Assembly (NCBI GenBank): GCA_038496445.1
Contig: JALMLS010000512.1
Location: forward strand, 1 to 43,351
DNA length: 43,351 nt
Source of the DNA: Trichosphaerium sp. ATCC 40318
Lineage: Eukaryota > Protista > Tubulinea
Reading direction: 5' to 3'
This document shows, in pieces, positions 37,394 through 43,351 of this stretch (positions within the stretch are counted from its first letter, which is position 1; every line of letters begins with the position of its first letter). Below the pieces are notes generated by a model. The model had not been told where the DNA came from. It made no database searches and was given only the letters and a program-made list of their open reading frames with translations. The position numbers were made by a program, and so were the translations under genes.

Positions 37394-40300
37394 TTATTTG
37401 AGTGTACTCTCATACTTAGCAATTCGAGAAAGAAGTTCAGCAATTTGAGTATCTTTTTCTTTCAATTTTGTGCATTGCTCTTTCAATTTCGCATCTTTTT
37501 CTTCTAGTTGAGCACCTTGTTCTTCCAGTTTGGTATCTTTTTCCTTGATCTTATTTGATAATACTTGCACTTGTAAATCATGTGCACTCAATTGTTTTGG
37601 CTTGTTCAAATTTGTAGCTCCCCATAATTGCCTGCACATGTATATAAGGAACAAAGTAAATGCTGTGATGACGTGTACCTGTTTTTCAACAAGTTCTCTT
37701 TGTCTTCTGACAACTCATCATCGCTATCTGAGTTTGTTTCAAGTTCGATTTTCTTGGCACTCTCATCATCGGCAACGCTCTTTGGTGTCTTGGTTGTTTT
37801 TTTGTTTTTTGGGTTACTCTTTTTTGATTTGGTTGTATTACGTTTCCTTAGTTGCTTTACAACTTTAATTATGTATCGTGCTACAGCTTGAACATCTAAA
37901 ATGGAATGTTAGTACTTTGTATTTTGTATGCAAGTTACAACAGTTGACTCTTTTTTGGAATACCTTGTGCCACAACCAACTCATCACACACTGCCTCATT
38001 CACTTTGTCATTTGAAACTGCAATTCCAAGTTTGTCTACCAATGCATAGTGACTCTGGTATCCTGGTTTTATGGGTTTACCATAATAGTTATCATCATCA
38101 GTAGGCTTTTCTGTAACCTATTACTGTTGTAAACAAATAAAAAGCTGAGGTAATGTTGGTGTACAGGATATACATTTCCGGGAGTGACTAGACTTAAAAC
38201 AAGAGTCAATTCTCGATTTCCTGATGTATCATATGAGCAAGCATATTCAAGGCTACGCTAAACAATACAGGTTAAGAATAAATTAAGAAACATGGCCATG
38301 TACAGTAAAGTAAACACCCTGACCATAATACCCGCCATCTAAAGAACTCACAGTACCAAATCCAGCTTTTACAATACTCAACGCAGCTTCAGGAGATGTA
38401 CCATGAACCATCAATAAAATGGGTGACTGAAAACGTGTAAGATGATTTAGGGTGAATGTCATTACCTGTTCTAAAGTGTTTGTACTTGGGCTGTTGTCAT
38501 TAATCAGAGCGTTAAACCTCACAGCCACTGCTCTCTTATGACTGTCTTGTTTCCATTCGTCTTTACAAAATAACTTTGGAAGTTCTCTAAATAGTAGTGT
38601 AAGCTCTTGTTTATAAAGAACCTGTAAGTTGTATTGGCGTTGAGTCAAGAGTAAGCTCTGTTGAGTTAATAGAAACTTGTTGTTAAACGTACTGATGTCT
38701 GTGTTTCACTATTGTATTGTACATCCCAAAGTTACAAGTCAAGACATTATTGCATACAAGAAGTGCTTCTACAACAGTGACTCTATCATATCCAGGCATT
38801 TTTGATAGCTGTTGATGAAGAAACTCAAGTTCTCTCTTGGCGACAGTGTTGTCATCAAACAGATTCAACGTTCTATAATCTGTTGCTTTTTCAACAGCAC
38901 CCCTTGCAATAAGGTTAGGCAAGTAGCAGCAAAGAATACTGACTTTATGTTAGATCTATCCCAATGATGAGCATACTGTAATCTTGGATTTAAGTCCCAG
39001 AAGGTTTCACTTTTTAATCCTTGAGTTTCAGCGTGTTAGTGTGACACTATTGAAAGGTGAGCTATACCTGCAAGTGTGTTACCAAGTACAAGATTTACAG
39101 AAGTAGGATTAATACTGTGTTCACAACCCTGGCACTCACACGCAAGCTTAGCAAATGACCATTTTCTAAGTTTCTGGAAGAAAGTTAATAACCAACTCTA
39201 GCACATAAATTACATGGTTTGGGTTATGTTCACCGGCACAATACTGACATAAAGCGACTCCTCTTTTGTTACAGTCATAGCACAGCAAGACTAGATAGTA
39301 ACTTAAAAGAATGCATTGTATAAATTATCACCTACGATTTTGTTTGGATATTTTAAGTGAGTTTGTACACCATCCTTCTTTTTTACATATCTCAATGCAA
39401 CTGGGGTGTTTTGGATTGATCCACATATCCTCAGGTAAGTCGAATAATAGTCCCTCCATTAATTCCCCGTGCTGAATCCAGAAACTCTTTTAAAAAAAAG
39501 CTGTTATTTGAAAGTCAGAGATGAAAGAGTGCCGTACCGAAGATTGTACAACTATGCGATCATATGTACATATTAAATAACAAATCCCTTTTTGTAATGC
39601 AAGTTTAAAATAAGATCGTGTTGGCTGTTATGATTACAATTAGTTTTACAAACTCTTTGAAAATGAAATGACATACCAAGTATTGCAACCATTTTGCAAG
39701 ATTGAGTCTCCATTGTGGCCTTTCTTCCATTGTTGCACAAGATAGCCATAGAGTGCTAGATTGCTTGCCATTTAGCATAACTGTCAACACAGTTTCAAAT
39801 ACAGCAATGAATGAGGAATCATTATCAACAACACCTATTACTATCCTATTAAATAGCATCTTATTGTGCCATATATTTGTAGATAGTGAAATGGCTTTAC
39901 TCATTTTCAATAACCTAACAAGAACAGAATTATGCCCATAATATGCTAAGAAAGGTTACAACAATTGCATAATTTTGACAAATGGGTACCTGAAAGGTGG
40001 AGAGCTGTCAATCCATTGTTATTCTTTACTTCAATATTTGCACTAGAGCCAAGTAATATTTCTACAACTTTAATGTGCCCATTACGTGCTAAGAAACACA
40101 AGTTACATCAAGTATATTAACAGTAAGGTACCTGCTAAGAAGAGAGCTGTCCCACCATTGTTATTTTTTGCTTCGATGTCTGCATTTGAACCAAGTAATA
40201 TTTCAACAACTTTACTATGGCCATCACGTGCTAAGAAGTGAGTTACATCTATCATTTCTTGACAACAAAATGGTACCGGCATGATGAAGAGGTGTCCACC

Positions 40301-41409
40301 CATATATACCCCTTGCTTCAATATTTACTCTTTGACCAAGTAATACTTCTACAACTTTACTGTGTCCATTACGTGCTAAGAAACAAGTTAGATATAAGTT
40401 ATTATATATATTAACAGTAAGGTACCTGCAAAGAGAAGAGCTGTCCATCCTTTGTTATTTTTTGCTTCGATATCTGCATTTGAACCAAGTAATATTTTAA
40501 CAACTTTACTATGGCCATCACGTGCTAAGAAGTGTGAGTTACATCTACCATTTCTTGACAACAGAGGTACCGGCATGATGTAGAGGTGTCCACCCATCTA
40601 TACCCCTTGCTTCTATATCTGCGTTTGATTCAAGTAATATTTCAACAACTTTACTATGGCCATCACGTGCTAAGAAGTGTGGTTACAGCTATCCATTTCT
40701 TTACAACAAGGTACCAGCGTGATGGAGAGCTGTCCATCCATTGTTATTTTTTACTTTAATATCTGCATTTGAACCAAGCAATATATCAACAACTTTAATG
40801 TGTCCATGACGTGCTACGAATTACAAATTACAACATTTGTACACTAAATACACTCAAGTACCTGCATAATGGAGAGGTGTGTATCCATCATTGTCTTTTG
40901 CTTCAATATCTGCATTTGAACCAAGTAATATTTCAACAACTTTAATGTGTCCATTACATGCTAGAGGTACAAGTTACATCAAATGTATATTGACAACGAT
41001 ATAGTAAGTCACCTGCTAGATGCATAGCTGTCCGTCCATCACTGTTTGTATATTCAAGGTTGGTACCCTTATGTATACACAGTGTTGTAATAATGACCAG
41101 ACCATTTTGCGCTAAAATACAGTTTTATATTGTATGAGCGTATTGTACATACCTGAGTACAATAGAATTGTCTCATCAAACTTTTCGTTACATAATCTGC
41201 TGTTTAGGTCATTTACTACAGATTGTCACAAGATATTAAAAGCCATGTTAAGAGTAAGCGCACGTGTTGTAATACTTTCGTATTGTCTGCGAAGTATCGC
41301 CAATTCGTCTACATTGGAACTGTTAAATGCACACGTGAAAATATCATGTTTCTCGTTACTAACCTTCTAACGATAGCGTTTCTTGTGTATGTTGTTTTTG
41401 TTCAGACAT
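37394..41409 (-). CDS. ANK-UBR-PARP protein, copy 3
   Basis: Same exon structure. Eight 99-nt ankyrin exons at 39990-41111; LMVHGTS, GYYGQGVYFT, DELVV; coiled-coil last exon. Confidence 0.87.
39990..41111 (-). repeat. Array of eight 99-nt ankyrin exons
   Basis: Counted at 41013-41111, ~40862-40960, ~40715-40813, 40571-40669, 40426-40524, 40277-40375, 40132-40230 and 39990-40088. Confidence 0.92.
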
Positions 41410-42112
41410 CAAGCGGTGTAACGTGTGCTAGATATTAGATAAAATACTTGTATGTTTGCATGATATTCATTGATTTGTTTTGGGTCTGGTACAACACGTT
41501 AACTAAATGTTCAGTGATAACCCACAGTAACTCTGAAGGTGCTGTTCACCTAGCGAGGATGAAAGAACAGGCCTAAGTTGAAATGTGTGTTACCCAGTGA
41601 TATTGAGTACAAAATCACAACTTTCTAACAAACTATTCTATCCACATTTATATGTAACATGTTTTTGAAGAATAGTGACAACAAGTTATCTGACACATAA
41701 CGCGTACTTCACTGATTAGTGACATGTAAAAATAACAAGAATTTTTTTTGACCACGTGTTACAAAATAAATACTTATTTAGGTTGTAAATTTTTGTCCGG
41801 CAAACAACTGTTGACTCGCAATGTAGTTGACAACAAAGCCATTTTCATTTTCTGCTTATAGCAGAAACTTACTACAATTCTCAGTATGCAAACCAAAGTA
41901 GCAGGTAGCGTAAAAGGTTAATGGGATGCGTAACAGTAGATTCAACTGACAATAAAACGATGTTGATCAAAGACGTGTACCACTTACAGATTTAGTTGGC
42001 GCACAACGTTCAAAGCTCTGTGACAATATTCTAGGTACGAAATGTCATACGAGTATTTTCGTCTTAATGCTCATTTATAGGCTAGAAATGCTCAAAGCAA
42101 AGTGAATCTTAC

Positions 42113-43351
42113 TCAAATAGTATCATTCATATTAGTACCCAAAAGGTTTGCCTTAATTTTCCAAGGAGGATTGTGATAGAAAAGTCTAAAGACGACAGTT
42201 TTTGTTCAACATTTTATGTGACTATCTTTTTCGCATTATGCGTTTGTGTACCTTCTGTTTCTTTGTTGTACTGTATACATCACACATCCAATAATAGCAA
42301 GAAGAGTTAATACTCCCAAAGCAGATAAGACAATATAAGCCGCTCCGAAATCTGTTAGGAAAAAAGTTAAAGTTTGATCTGTTAGCATAACTAACTACAA
42401 GAAAAAATCCGTACTGCTTCCTTTTGGTTTCTGTAAGTGACAATAAAATCCAGTGAATCCTGAGTAGCATGAGCATAATCCTAAGATTGTTAAGTTAGTG
42501 AAAAAACAATCAAAAGAAACGAAAAGAAAGGTTAGTTTTTTATCACCTTTGTTAGCGCCGGTTATTTCGCATGAACCTGCATTACTACAATCAGAAGGGC
42601 ATATAGTTTGTGTCCATATTATCCAATCCTGTGGTTTTTGAGCCGTAGGAGTATGCACAATATAAAACCACGTGCCAGACTAAAAAAACATGAAAAAAGT
42701 AAGAAGTTACAGTTTAAACTTAGTAACAAGTATCAGAGCGTTATTTGCAAAATACCTCAATTGAAAATGTATCTATAACGTAAACAATATTGCAATGTTC
42801 CTCTGTGCAACCTAATTTGACATAAATAAGCGCCCATATATGAGTTAGAGTAAAGCTTTGCTTGTACAGAAAAAAACTGAGATCACCTTGTATGACATGA
42901 TTGTACTCTTCAAGTGCTCCTATAGATGCACGAACAGTAGGCATAGGTGAAAATCTGTGCTCAGGTGATATTGACATCCTATGATGTGACCCCAATTTTG
43001 ATAGTGAAAAGTAGTATGTGGTATCAGGCTCCAAGGTCAAAACTTGAACTAGTAAATGTATGCTTAGCACGTGTATGTAATCATGGTTTTTGTGCTGACG
43101 GTAGAAAATAGAGGCAAAATACTTGGAATAAAAAAGTAATATCAACACGTGGTAGGTCAAATGATAGATTTCTGATTGATATTAAGTCAGTTAATATGGC
43201 TGAATGTGGAAAGCAATTTGGTGCAAATAAAAAACAACGCAAGAAATAAAAGACGCTTGATAGTACCTCCTTTTGCTTCGAGAATTGTTGGCTCTATAAA
43301 CTGTTAGAAATCGAACATCAACACATTTATGAGCGCACGTATATCGCAGTT
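42113..43351 (-). CDS. 3' part of a type-I membrane protein with a juxtamembrane EGF-like domain
   Basis: CPSDCSNAGSC...GLCSCYSGFTGFYC (EGF), then TM helix AAYIVLSALGVLTLLAIIGCVMYTV, a basic stop-transfer QQRNRR and a short tail. The 5' end lies outside the window. Confidence 0.78.

Larger units (their letters stand above)
35635..41430. repeat. Right arm of the inverted duplication
   Basis: Mirror gene order and sequence relative to 27890-33381. Homology to the copy-1 upstream region extends to ~41580. Confidence 0.88.

Noticed and set aside
27890-41430. Inverted arms as terminal inverted repeats of a transposon or Polinton
   Set aside because: The arms are diverged, intron-containing genes; no transposase, integrase, polymerase, capsid or target-site duplication was seen.
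1-43351. Alternative genetic code or stop-codon readthrough as the cause of the short ORFs
   Set aside because: In-frame stops fall within recognisable introns, and spliced conserved proteins (actin, Rab, Rac) read correctly in the standard code.

Overview
AT-rich eukaryotic DNA with many short introns, most likely from a protist or amoeba (inference). It uses the standard genetic code; the fragmented ORF track is explained by ~45-150 nt spliceosomal introns. The left half holds an atypical Rac/Rho GTPase, a PPR gene head-to-head with a large uncharacterised gene, a divergent G-protein alpha subunit fused in frame to tandem BTB domains, a Rab32/38-like GTPase, and three F-box-like genes (MORN, propeller-like, LRR). 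The right half is a duplicated cluster. It has three paralogous genes with the architecture ankyrin array - UBR-type zinc finger - PARP-like ADP-ribosyltransferase (H-Y-E) - coiled coil. Each ankyrin repeat is a separate 99-nt, phase-1 symmetric exon that varies at the DARPin-type binding positions. Two of these genes and two ricin-B lectin genes form the ~5.5 kb arms of an inverted duplication around a single divergent actin that lacks most of its D-loop. The best candidate for an undescribed system is this exon-cassette ANK-UBR-PARP family and its palindromic lectin/actin locus, possibly a diversifying intracellular defence module. The Galpha-BTB-BTB fusion is a second unusual architecture. 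All gene models were spliced by eye and boundaries are approximate.
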